The notes under the pieces were generated by a model. It was not told where the DNA came from and ran no database searches. It saw only the letters and a program-made list of their open reading frames with translations. Made by a program: the position numbers and the translations under genes. Of a stretch of DNA of 64,000 nt, positions 40,836-52,436 are shown one piece after another (positions within the stretch are counted from its first letter, which is position 1; every line of letters begins with the position of its first letter). Source of the DNA: Ranitomeya imitator (taxonomy: Eukaryota); the NCBI RefSeq assembly GCF_032444005.1, contig NC_091284.1:103726001-103790000 (forward strand). The letters run 5' to 3'.

Positions 40836-40912
40836 AAAGAAGCAGGGCGCGTCCGAGGGTGAGTATATACCTAATAAGAATATAATCACCCTCGGACGCG
40901 CCCTGCTTCTTT
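40836..40912. other. Perfect 27-bp stem hairpin with 23-nt loop inside the hAT
   Basis: AAAGAAGCAGGGCGCGTCCGAGGGTGA (40836-40862) and its exact reverse complement (40886-40912). Confidence 0.95.
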
Positions 40913-40947
40913 CCGACAGCCTTCCTTCCTAAGAATCAGCCCTTCCG

Positions 40948-42100
40948 TGGTGTAGAGAGAGGGTTTGTTACACTCCAAGGTGTTCCCCAGGTTGCCTTTC
41001 CTGAGCTTCGATCTTCCGGCTCTCGTTTAGTAGTTGTTGGAAACTACGCTGCATTGGACCTACAAATTGGGTATGGGGTGTAGAGAGATGGTGTGTTCCA
41101 CTCCAAGGTGTTCCCCAGGTTGCCTTTCCTGAGCTTCGATCTTCCGGCTCTCGTTTAGTAGTTGTTGGAAACTATGCTGCATTAGGCCTACAAATTGGGT
41201 ATGGGGTGTAGAGAGATGGTGTGTTCCACTGTAGAGAGATGGTGTGTTCCAATCCAAGGTGTTCCCCAGGTTTCCTCTCCATTGCTTCGATCTTCCGGCT
41301 CTCGTTTAGTAGTTGTTGGAAACTACGCTGCATTAGGCCTACAAATTGGGTATGGGGTGTAGAGAGATGGTGTGTTACACTCCAAGGTGTTCCCCAGGTT
41401 TCCTCTCCATTGCTTCGATCTTCCGGCTCTCGTTTAGTAGTTGTTGGAAACTACGCTGCATTAGGCCTACAAATTGGGTATGGGGTGTAGAGAGATGGTG
41501 TGTTACACTCCAAGGTGTTCCCCAGGTTTCCTCTCCATTGCTTCGATCTTCCGGCTCTCGTTTAGTAGTTGTTGGAAACTACGCTGCATTGGGCCTACAA
41601 ATTGGGTATGGGGTGTAGAGAGATGGTGTGTTCCACTCCAAGGTGTTCTCCAGGTTGCCTTTCCTGAGCTTCGATCTTCCGGCTCTCGTTTAGTAGTTGT
41701 TGGAAACTACGCTGCATTAGGCCTACAAATTGGGTATGGGGTGTAGAGAGATGGTGTGTTACACTCCAAGGTGTTCCCCAGGTTTCCTCTCCATTGCTTC
41801 GATCTTCCGGCTCTCGTTTAGTAGTTGTTGGAAACTACGCTGCATTAGGCCTACAAATTGGGTATGGGGTGTAGAGAGATGGTGTGTTCCACTGTAGAGA
41901 GATGGTGTGTTCCACTCCAAGGTGTTCCCCAGGTTTCCTCGCCAATGCTTCGATCATCATGCTCTCGTTTAGTAGTTGTTGGAAACTACGCTGCATTAGG
42001 CCTACAAATTGGGTATGGGGTGTAGAGAGATGGTGTGTTCCACTCCAAGGTGTTCTCCAGGTTGCCTTTCCTGAACTTCTATCTTCAGGCTCTCATTAAA
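40948..42100 (+). repeat. 128-bp tandem array (~9 copies) inside the hAT
   Basis: gtgtagagagatggtgtg...acaaattgggtatggg units. Identical ORFs 128 nt apart (41346, 41474). Confidence 0.95.
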
Positions 42101-43420
42101 TTGTGGTTAAACGGAACAACTGCATTTGGCGTACTAGTTGGTTTGGGGCCTACTATCGGTGTCTGCCGCTCCTTGCTGTTCTCCTGGTTTCCTGTCCTGA
42201 AATTCCGTTTTCAGGCGCTCGTTAAGTAGTTGTTAATGTTAGACTGCATTTGGCCTACTAGTTGGGTTGGGGCCTACTATCGGTGTCTGCCACTCCTTGC
42301 TGTTCTCCTCCACTGAACAAAGCTGTGCCGCCTGTTTACTACTGTTGCCAATTTTGAACTGCATTTCGACTACTTACTGATTTGGGCCTACTCTCTGTGT
42401 CAGCCTCTCATTCCAGTTGTCCTCCACTGCAATGCCCCCTGATTAGTCCTGTGTTACCAATTTTGAACTGCATTTAGCCCACTTTATTCTTTGAGCCTAT
42501 ATCTGTGTTTCCTCCTCATCCTGCCCATTGCCCAGCCAGTGATAGATGAGTCTGCTGGTACATTGACCCATAACGCAACATTTCCCGTGCACACTACACT
42601 GCAAGATTGTGACCCTGCTGAAAGTCAGGTCCCCCTTCCCGCATACCATACCACCTTACACGGGGACAAACAGGAAGGTGCAGATGAAAGTGCAGGTTCC
42701 TTCATCAGGTGGGGGGAGGAATACTAGTTGGCGACGTCACTGGCACAGGGCCTCTCATGGTACGCAAAAGTGTTGCTGCCGGTGGGAGGCGCCCCCGCCG
42801 TGCAAACACACCGCTGTACTTTGAGGGGCCCTGTGCCAGTGCCAATGCCAACGAGTGGGCCCCCCCTGCTTGCTCAGGTTCACAGCACTTGCAAAGTTGA
42901 AATACTTACCTCTCCCTGCTCCACTGCCGTGACGTGGTCCAGATTTCCTGGGCCCACTAATTACTTGAACCAGCCCTACCCACCACAACTTTAGCCAAAT
43001 GACCCCCAATTTCAAATGCCTTCCAATTATTATAAGGTAAATTACGCTTGACAAGCTTCATTAAGAAGAATGGATGGTTTTGACATTAAAATGGGCACTC
43101 TAGGTGTTTTCCTGGCCCCCACTCACTGCCGACTATGCTGCCCCATTGACTTGCATTGGGTTTCGTGTTTCGGTCGATCCCGACTTTACGTCATAATCGG
43201 CCGATTTCACTCGACCCGACTTTTGAGATAGTCGGGTTTCGCGAAACCCGGCTCGACTCTAAAAAGGTCAAGGTCGCTCAACTCTACTCCTGTGGTTCAG
43301 TGGCACACACTTAATTCTGGTCTATTCCTCCCATCTATTGCGCTCATCTATCTGGCATATTCTGAGATACTATTAGGGCTTGTGCGGAAGACAGTTTTAA
43401 TCAGAAGAGTACTATCTGTG

Positions 43421-43898
43421 TAAACAACAGCAGTATACATTGCCAATAAAAACAGATTTTATTCAACAAGATCAAAAGCTATACAAACAACTAGAATAAT
43501 CGAGGTGACTGCTAACCAAGCAGGGATGGTCAACACAAATGTGGAGTATGAAGTGGTAGAAGTGCATACAGCGTCTAGTACAAGTAAGGCCAGTACATAA
43601 ACACTTGAGTGGGATATATTGCTCCCTATAGAATTATATATCTGGCAGTGAGTAAATAAAAAGGAAGACAGTGCTTACATAGATGAAACACTGGTTTGTG
43701 TGACATCCCCACAGCCCCGACGCACGTTTCACTTCTTCATCAGGAGACGTGTGTTGGGAAGGGGTGGATCTAGATAAATAGTGTGGGCAGCGAATTAGGA
43801 CTGAGAAGGCTGGAGGTGTGTTCAGGCTACATGATTGGCCAGGGGCGGATATGGTCACTAGAGTATGGAGGGCGGAAGGATGCTCCCAGTGTACCACG
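43421..43898 (-). mobile_element. 478-bp non-coding hammerhead-bearing retroelement (Penelope/retrozyme-like) with 14-bp TSD
   Basis: GAGTACTATCTGTG at 43407-43420 and 43899-43912. Minus strand order: CCGCCC boxes, GGCCAATCA, HHR motif, AATAAA (43463-43458). Confidence 0.7.
43715..43746 (-). ncRNA. Minimal type-I hammerhead ribozyme-like motif with canonical CUGAUGA/GAAA core
   Basis: CTC-CTGATGA-A-GAAG-T-GAAAC-GTGC-GTC-GGGG: 1-bp helix II, 2-bp helix III, GUC site (cut predicted between 43719 and 43718). Confidence 0.6.
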
Positions 43899-44299
43899 GA
43901 GTACTATCTGTGGTTCTGATGGATAGCACTGGTATCCATATTATTCTATGGGGCCGTGCATATGTGCGATTTTTTTTTTGGACCAAATAAAAATAGCAGC
44001 ATGAACGATTTGCCTCTGAGAAAAAGATGGCACTCGCCCAGTTATGTCTATGGGTCCGTGAAAAAAATTGGACCACACTAGGATGACCGCTGAGTTCGGT
44101 CTGATGTTCCCAGACTGACATAATACTGAAGGTGGAGAACCTTTTTTCTATCTCTCCACGTCTAAGAAAATCGGATGCCACTCTAATCAACTTCTGATCA
44201 AAGTTTGATCTGCATAATCGGACCGATTTTCTCGAATGGAGAGAAAACAGTCGTGTGACCTTAGCCTTAAGGACACAGAACTGACACAATATACTAATC

Positions 44300-45316
44300 C
44301 TTCACAAAAAGTGTGATCCAAGAAATAATACGATCTCCACTATGGTACTATGGTAAAATATCGATTTTATTGAACTTACTATTAAAAAACCATGTATAAA
44401 AGTATGAATTACTACATCAAAGAAAGGTGCAAATCCTCACAAAAGAGGGACTATATTGCCATAGGTAAACACCAAAAGCCTAGGCCAAACATGAAAATAC
44501 ATATGGACCACTAGATCATTATGGAGAAAAGGTCTGTATATATCAAAGTACAATAAGTACCCATAATGTTAAGCTCTCTAAGTATCAGTATATTGGGGCA
44601 TAGAGAAAGCGCCAGTATCCCTAAATGAGAGAGACATGAAACCATGCCATAATCTTTAACCACAGACTCCCAACATGCTCAGTGCTTATAGTGGTGTAAT
44701 AATATAGTATATTACCTGGTTATTGGCCTGGTGTGCGTACCTCGGCGTCCCTCTGCCCCGACGCGCGTTTCGCGTTAGCTTCTTCTGGAGTCGTTAGTTC
44801 CATGTCCTTAAGGCCAATAACCAGGTAATATACTATATTATTACACCACTCTATATAAGCACTGAGCATGTTGGGAGTCTGTGGTTAAAGATTATGGCAT
44901 GGTTTCATGTCTCTCTCATTTAGGTATACTGGCGCTTTCTCTATGCCCCAATATACTGATACTTAGAGAGCTTAACATTATGGGTACTTATTGTACTTTG
45001 ATATATACAGACCTTTTCACCATCATGATATAGTGGTCCATATGTATTTTCATGTTTGGCCTAGGCTTTTGGTGTTTACCTATGGCAATATAGTCCCTCT
45101 TTTGTGAGGATTTGCACCTTTCTTTGCTGTAGTAATTCATACTTTTATACATGGTTTATTAATAGTATGTTCAATAAAATCGATATTTTACCATAGTGGA
45201 GATCGTATTATTTCTTGGATCACACTTTTTGTGAAGGATATCTAGAGAGTGGTACCTTTGCCCTTCGTTTGGGGGGGCAATATTTTGTTATGTGCAAAGC
45301 GATTACTGGTGTATAT
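44300..45316 (-). mobile_element. 1,017-bp palindromic Penelope-like insertion (~430-bp arms, 81-bp spacer with HHR-like motif), 14-bp TSD
   Basis: Arms 44297-44729 and 44811-45239 are reverse complements. ACAATATACTAATC at 44286-44299 and 45317-45330. Confidence 0.8.
44756..44790 (-). ncRNA. Hammerhead-like motif in the palindrome spacer (U4A variant)
   Basis: CTC-CAGAAGA-A-GC-TAAC-GC-GAAAC-GCGC-GTC-GGGG. Shares CGAAACGCGCGTCGGGG with the motif at 2034-2050. Confidence 0.45.
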
Positions 45317-45796
45317 ACAATATACTAATCGTGTACATTTACCAACATTTTCCCCTTGAACAAAAAACTTCAAATTTTCCAGGATCTGTGGATGAAGTGG
45401 CATATTTCTTCATTCACAATTTTTGCCCATAAAGAGGCTTGGCAGGTCTCCCGACATGTCTGTTTTAGTGAAAACGTCTATTTCACCCTTTAAAGAAAAA
45501 ATCAATTCTAGATCCTATTTTCTGCAATGTGCCGATGCTCTGTTATTCCTCCAGATATTTTATAAGAAATTGAATATTTACTGAAGCAGCTATGTCAGTA
45601 GGGCTGACAGGTCATCTGTAATGACATGAATGACATAAAGTCCCTTAGGCCATATTCGCAGATGAGATCCTCAGGTGGAAGAACACAGATTAAATGGACG
45701 GGTGCTACGTAACAGAAGACCTGTCACCAGACGAAATGTGGCCAATTTTATCTCTTCATTTTATTCTTGCTGCCCCATAGTATTCTACATGTATAT

Positions 45797-45797
45797 A

Positions 45798-45838
<41 letters not shown>
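45797..45838. repeat. (TA)n microsatellite
   Basis: Direct observation. Confidence 0.9.
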
Positions 45839-45842
<4 letters not shown>

Positions 45843-46390
45843 ACCGTTACCGGTATAGATATATTTGTAAATCCACCATGCGGTAGAGATATGGTCTTTT
45901 TATTGCGTGCTCACTTTTATATTCTTTACTATGGAGGCATTGCTCACAGAGCAGACTAGAGACGCACCAGTATAATTCTGAGAGCTCCACCACTTTGATA
46001 AAGAAACATAAAAAATTATAAAATAGATAAAAAAGATTAATGTTACGGCAACACGAGATTGTGGCGTCCCATTGGGACATCACATATAATGATTCCCTAT
46101 GGTATTGCATTGTGATTTGTGACCTAAGGCGCCTGCAATCCAGAGGTTTTCATATGTATTTGATTTTTTGCTTGGGGTTATACTGCGACTTTGGTGGCGG
46201 GATAAGTCACATGACCAAAGATCGCTGTGTGCCGCTGCTTACTATGCAGCATAATGCAGGTGGATGGGGTCGTGTTGCTGTGTTACAATCTCTTGGAAAC
46301 CGCCACAAATAGCAAAATACCCATTCACAATTTTTTGCAACTTCCGTATTGCGATCCTGGTGACCTAGGGGCGGCAGTGCAACCCAATTC

Positions 46391-46424
<34 letters not shown>

Positions 46425-46570
46425 TATTGTTATAGCGCCATTTATTCCATGGCGCTTTACATGTGAGGAGGGGTATACATAATAAAAACAAGTACAATAA
46501 TCTTAAACAATACAAGTCATAACTGGTACAGGAGGAGAGAGGACCCTGCCCGCGAGGGCTCACAATCTAC
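46391..46570 (-). mobile_element. L2-type 3' end with (AAT)n tail
   Basis: Minus strand TAGATTGTGAGCCC...TGTAAAGCGCCATGGAATAAATGGCGCTATAACAATAAATAATAATAAT. Confidence 0.65.
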
Positions 46571-47156
46571 AAATTTACATTGAGTTGCGATGTAACAGTG
46601 GCACATGGTGGTCTTTTGGCCTCGCGACTTGCTGCCAATGTCACCATTTAGCCACAGCATTTCTGTTACTGGTTGACAGTTGCACTTGTCTCATTTGCCA
46701 TAGACTTCAATGTAAGTTGACTGTGACTAGTCTGCTATTGAGCTAGTGGCCGTGTGTTTATACAGTTGAATTGCTTAAACTGGCCCATGGAAGCAAGTCA
46801 CAGATGAGATGCACAAATAATTTTCTTTGCGCCACGAATTGCTGTAACGCCACATGTCGCCGTATAGCCCCAGCTTAAAAGAATCTATTTCCAATTTCAG
46901 AATGAACATTTTAGCATAGAGCAAACTTGCTGACTGGTACACGAGATGACTTCTACAGAAAATCACTCAACTGATGAAATGACAAGGACTTTACACTAAT
47001 TATTAAGTGAATGAAAAGAAATGAGTCAGGTAAAAGCATTCATCTAGTTAGCGGACTTAGTTTAACATTGCCTAGGCCTTGAAACGCGTGTAGCCTTCCC
47101 ACAGTCAACCGGAAATCCACCTAATACACTACATTACAAAAGCTGGCACAAGGGTC

Positions 47157-47188
<32 letters not shown>

Positions 47189-47230
47189 AGTATATATATA
47201 TGTATATATATATACATATATAGATATATG

Positions 47231-48857
47231 CAGTACAGACCAAAAGTTTGGACACACCTTCTCATTTAAAGATTTTTATTTTTCTGTATTTTCATGACTA
47301 TGAAAATTGTACATTCACACTGAATGCTTCAAAACTATGAATTAACACATGTGGTATTATATACTCAACAAAAAAGTGTGAAACAACTGAAATTATGTCT
47401 TATATTCTAGGTTCTTCAAAGTAGCCACCTTTTGCTTTGATGACTGCTTTGCACACTCTTGGCATTCTCTTGATGAGCTTCAAGAGGTAGTCACCGGGAA
47501 TGGTCTTCCAACAATCTTGAAGGAGTTCCCAGAGATGCTTAGCAGTTGTTGGCCCTTTTGCCTTCACTCTGCGGTCCAGCTCACCTCAAACCATCTCGAT
47601 TGGGTTCAGGTCTGGTGACTGTGGAGGCCAGGTCATCTGGCGTAGCACCCCATCACTCTCCTTCTTGGTCAAATAGCCCTTACACAACCTGGAGGTGTGT
47701 TTGGGGTCATTGTCCTGTTGAAAAATAAATTATGGTCCAACTGAATGCAAACCGGATGGAATAGCATGCCGCTGCAAGATGTTGTAGTAGCCATGCTGGT
47801 TCATTATGCCTTCAATTTTGAATAAATCCCCAACAGTGTCACCAGCAAAGCACCCTCACACCTCCTCCTCCATGCTTCTCGGTGGGAACCAGGCATGTAG
47901 AGTCCATCCGTTCACCTTTTCATGCGTCGCACAAAGACACGGTGGTTGGAACCAAAGATCTCAAATTTGGACTCATCAGACCAAAGCACAGATTTTCACT
48001 GGTCTAATGTCCATTCCTTGTGTTCTTTAGCCCAAACAAGTCTCTTCTGCTTGTTGCGTGTCCTTATCAGTGGTTTCCTAGCAGCTATTTTACCATGAAA
48101 GCCTGCTGCACAAAGTCTCCTCTTAACAGTTGTTGTAGAGATGTGTCTGCTGCTAGAACTCTGTGTGGCATTGACCTGGTCTCTAATCTGAGCTGCTGTT
48201 AACCTGCGATTTCTGAGGCTGGTGACTCGGATAAACTTATCCTCAGAAGCAGAGGTGACTCTTGGTCTTCCTTTCCTTGGGCGGTCCTCATGTGAGACAG
48301 TTTCTTTGTAGCGCTTGATGGTTTTTGCAACTGCACTTGGGGATACTTTCAAAGTTTTCCCAATTTTTTCAGACTGACTGACCTTCATTTCTTAAAGTAA
48401 TGATGGCCACTCATTTTTCTTTGCTTAGCTGCTTTTTTCTTGCCATAATACAAATTCTAACAGTCTATTCAGTAGGACTATCAGCTGTGTATCCACCAGA
48501 CTTCTGCTCAATACAACTGATGGTCCCAACCCCATTTATAAGGCAAGAACTCCCACTTATTAAACCTGACAGGGCACACCTGTGAAGTGAAAACCATTTC
48601 CGGTGACTACCTCTTGAAGCTCAACAAGAGAATGCCAAGAGTGTGCAAAGCAGTCATCAAAGCAAAAGGTGGTTACTTTGAAGAACCTAGAATATAAAAT
48701 ATAATTTCTGTTGTTTCACACTTTTTTGTTAAGTATATAATTTCACATGTGTTAATTCATAGTTTTGATGCCTTCAGAGTGAATGTACAATTTTCATAGT
48801 CATGAAAATACAGAAAAATCTGTAAATGTGGTGTGTCCAAACTTTTGGTCTGTACTG
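47231..48857 (-). mobile_element. Full-length degraded Tc1 element, transposase on minus
   Basis: TIR CAGTACAGACCAAAAGTTTGGACACACC at both ends, TA on the right flank. ORF has RKGRPRVTS...TTTVKRRL...AARKPL. Confidence 0.93.
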
Positions 48858-48994
48858 TATATATATATATACAAGTGTTTTTATACTGTATATTGTGCTG
48901 GATTTTGAAGCTCACCTACATCTCAGACTGAACAGAAACACCAGGGGGAAACGCAGAAATCCTAATATCATTGTGTAAGCATCAACGAAACTAA

Positions 48995-49450
48995 AGGAAA
49001 TCTGTCACCAGGTTTTTGCTACCCAGTCTGAGAGCAGCAAAATGTAGGGACAGAGACCCTGATTCCAGCAAGGTATCACTTACTGGCCTGCTCACGGTCA
49101 TTTTGATAAAATCCCTGTTTTATCTGCTGCAGATCCAGCAGTTCTCTGAATGTTGAGCTGGATACAACCCCGCCCACACCACTGATTGGCAGCTTTCTGC
49201 CTATGCACAGTGTACATAGAAAGCTGCCAATTGGTGGTGAGGGGCGGGGTTATACAGAGCTCATGAATACGCAGGACCACATGGCAGCAGGATCACTAGT
49301 CCTCTAGTGATAATCTCTTTCTGATATAATAGGGCTTTTATCCAAGCAATACCAATCAGCCCACTAAGGGACACATGGCTGCTATCAGGGTCTCTGTCTC
49401 TACATTGGGCTGATCAGGATAGTTTTCAGAAAACTGGTATCAGATTCCAT
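48995..49450. mobile_element. T2/Kolobok-type MITE
   Basis: CTAA|AGGAAATCTGTCACCAG ... CTGGTATCAGATTCCAT|TTAA. Confidence 0.55.
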
Positions 49451-50573
49451 TTAAGAACTAATGACATGGTACACGGCCATCATTTCCCATTTGTCATGTA
49501 ATGACATACTTAGAGGAAATGTCATGTATCCACCTTATTGTGATTCTCTTCATCTGGATTTCCGCAGCAGGAAAACGCAGCCTGATAGAATATTCATTCA
49601 TCATTTATGGAAATGTTTCAAACCACTAGCTAATAAATATAATATATCTGAACAAGGGCCCCACAAAAATCCCCAGAATAAGTTAGGTGGTTTGTGCCAG
49701 GGGGATACACTGTCCCTCAGTTACGTTACTTACTGAATCGTAAAGCCCCTCAGATGCACTTTCCCCTGGGAGGGATCACGCATGCTTTTATTTCTAGTCT
49801 TAGTGACTGTTATGTCGTGAATTGGCCCAAAAGAACATTCTAGGCACAGTTAATCCATTTACGCATACAGTTGAATTTTTCCCATGTAGAATAGAGAAAG
49901 ACCAGTTCAGTATTTTACTCTACGCTCCACAAATAGTGCCATTGGGGATTATCTATACTTCTGTAAAGTTTCATAAGTTTTATTGTAAGTGGTTAATAGG
50001 AGCTACATACTTAGCAGCCGGCGGTGAGATGCTCCGTGCAGGACTGTGCAGCCATTCACCCTCCCTGCAATCAGGAGAACGGAAAAACATCTATCTTTAT
50101 TGCCAAGATTGCTGTACGCCCAGCAGACACGGCATTGGGAGGGTGGAGATATGCCAATAACTATCCCCCTCCTCTGGTGCCGGTGACAAGCAGGGTCTTG
50201 GTAGTGATACTCTTCAGAATAGATGACAGAGGACATATCAGAACGATGCACATAAGCCACATGGGGTCAGTTTGTGTCGTTGGACGTTGGTTGCACATAG
50301 ACAGGAGGTCTGTAGCACTATAAATCCTGGTGTAAGGAGATGATCTGCAATGCACAAGTTAAAATACTGGAGAAAGACCAACAATTTATATACGTAGCCA
50401 ACTGGGCACCAGATCAGCAGCTGACAGAAGGCTTCTATTTTCTCCATCCAAAAAGAAGTTGAGTCACAAGGTCTTAGTCCACTCGACATTGGAAAGGACC
50501 TCAGAAACCAATTCCAGTGCAATCTGAGAAATATGTGGTAATGTAAATTTTGGGACTAAGGCGAAATACTTAA

Positions 50574-51027
50574 AGAAGCACTCCTCCTCCTCCTCCCATC
50601 AAAGTTTTAATCCTCTTAATAATTTGCACTCATCATATCATATAGCACTTTGTACTTACAATTGCTCATTTTGCCTTTCTACCCAGATAATTTTTCTCTT
50701 TCCTCTGCTCTATGTAGAAACAAGAAGTCTCTTGTCCCAGCATTTATCATTCCCCTCTTCAACCCCTGACCCAGCTGCTCATCCTCCCCCGCCTTAGACT
50801 TTTGCAGTGATTCATGACTTGTGGAGGGAAAATTGACCTCCTATTTCTACATAGCGCTTAGAAGGATTCAGCTAGCCAGTTTTCAATCACATGATGTCGT
50901 AGACCTATTGGAAAGGAGACAAACTAACTGGGCAGAAAGGCAAAATGAGCAATTGTAAGTACACAGTGCTATATCTTATGATGATTGCAATATATTAATA
51001 TGGTAAAATTTTGATGGGAGTGCTTAT
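50574..51027. mobile_element. T2/Kolobok-type MITE with TTAA TSD
   Basis: TTAA|AGAAGCACTCC ... GGGAGTGCTTAT|TTAA. Confidence 0.6.
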
Positions 51028-51031
51028 TTAA

Positions 51032-51840
51032 CCCCTTGAGGACCACATGTATTTTCGTTTTTTGTGTTTCCATTTTTTGCTCCACTTCTTCTCAGAGCCA
51101 TAAGTTTATTCTTTGTCCGTCAATATGGTCATATGAGGGCTTGTTTTTTATGGGGAGAGTTGTACTTTTGAACAGAACCATTGGTTTTAACATGTCGTGT
51201 ACTGGAAAATGGGGAAAAAAATTCAATGCGCTGTGAAATTGCAAAAAAGTGTAATTCCACAATATTTTTTTTTTTTTAACCATGTTCAACAGTTGCTAAA
51301 ACTGACCTGCCATTATGATTCCCCAGGTCATTACGAGTTCATAGACACCAAACATGTATAGGTTATTTTTTATTTAAGGGGTGAAAAAAATTCAAAGTGT
51401 GTAAAAACAAAATAAAAAATGGCGCCATTTTATTGATATTATTTTGGTGTAGATACGATCTTTTGATCGCTCATTATTGCATTTCCTTGCAATGTTGCAG
51501 TGACCAAAAAAAATAAATTCTGTTGTTTTAATTTATTTCTCTTTATGCCATTTACCAATCGGATTAATTATTTTTATATATTGATAGATCGGGCGATTTT
51601 GAAAGCAGCGATACCAAATATGTGTATTTTTAAAATTTTTTGTCTTATTTTGAATGGGGCGAATTTGGGGACTAGAAGCTGTGATCATCCGATCGCTTGT
51701 GCTACATAGAACTAGGCTGCAGCCCTGCTCTATGTAGCAGAAACGCTCTCTTGCTATGAGTGACGACCGCTGGGCTGCGCTCATAGCGATCCGCCAATGA
51801 CAACATCAAGGGTCTGCTGCAGACCCCGGGTTGTCATGTC
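51032..51840 (+). mobile_element. piggyBac-type non-autonomous element, left part
   Basis: TTAA|CCCCTTGAGGACC start, sharing its TTAA with the preceding MITE. Right end not located. Confidence 0.4.
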
Positions 51841-52436
51841 CTGGAAAAAGGGGAGGACTAAGCACCAGATCCTGCACCAAACAGGGGGATATATCCATCA
51901 TTGAACGTTAAGGGCTACCATAGGCACGGCACCATGAATAAGGCACTGGTTGTATTATTGCAGCCGTGTATATTTTCCTCTAAAGCAACATTCACACATT
52001 CAGGATTTGGTCAGTATTTTACATCAGTATTTGTCAATCAGATCTACATTACCCATTCAAGTCTATGGATGCGGATGCGTGGAAAAACAGTGCAGTTCGG
52101 ACTCACAGAATGGAGAAGATGGAGAAATGTTGTTCTCTGTCTTCTCCTCACAGTGTACTACTATAGTCTCATCCAAGAGAATAAGATCCCACTATGATGA
52201 CACTCAGATCTAATGCTGATCAGAGTTTGATCTGAATGTCACTTACATAATTGATCTGATTCTCTCACGAGAGAATCTACACTCTGGCTTTAGGCCACAT
52301 TCACACGTTCAGTATTTGGTCAGTATTTTACCTCAGTATTTGTAAGCCAAAACCAGGAGTGGGTGATAAATGCAGAAGTGGTGACGTGTTTCTATTATAC
52401 TTTTTCTCTGATTGTTCCACTCCTGGTTTTGGCTTA

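Larger units (their letters stand above)
32011..43286 (+). mobile_element. 11,276-bp hAT transposon with 13-bp TIRs and 8-bp TSD CTCCTGTG
   Basis: TAGGGTTGAGCGA (32011) and TCGCTCAACTCTA (43286), 1 mismatch. TSD at 32003-32010 and 43287-43294. CCCGAC/GTCGG motif clusters at both ends, and a transposase ORF. Confidence 0.97.

Noticed and set aside
38982-42100. Regular arrays resembling CRISPR
   Set aside because: No unique spacers, no cas genes, eukaryotic context. These are plain tandem repeats.
50003-50522. Cluster of overlapping 64-112 aa ORFs in non-repetitive-looking sequence
   Set aside because: No convincing motif or splice signals. A faint resemblance to a LINE endonuclease (YVANWAP) is too weak to call.
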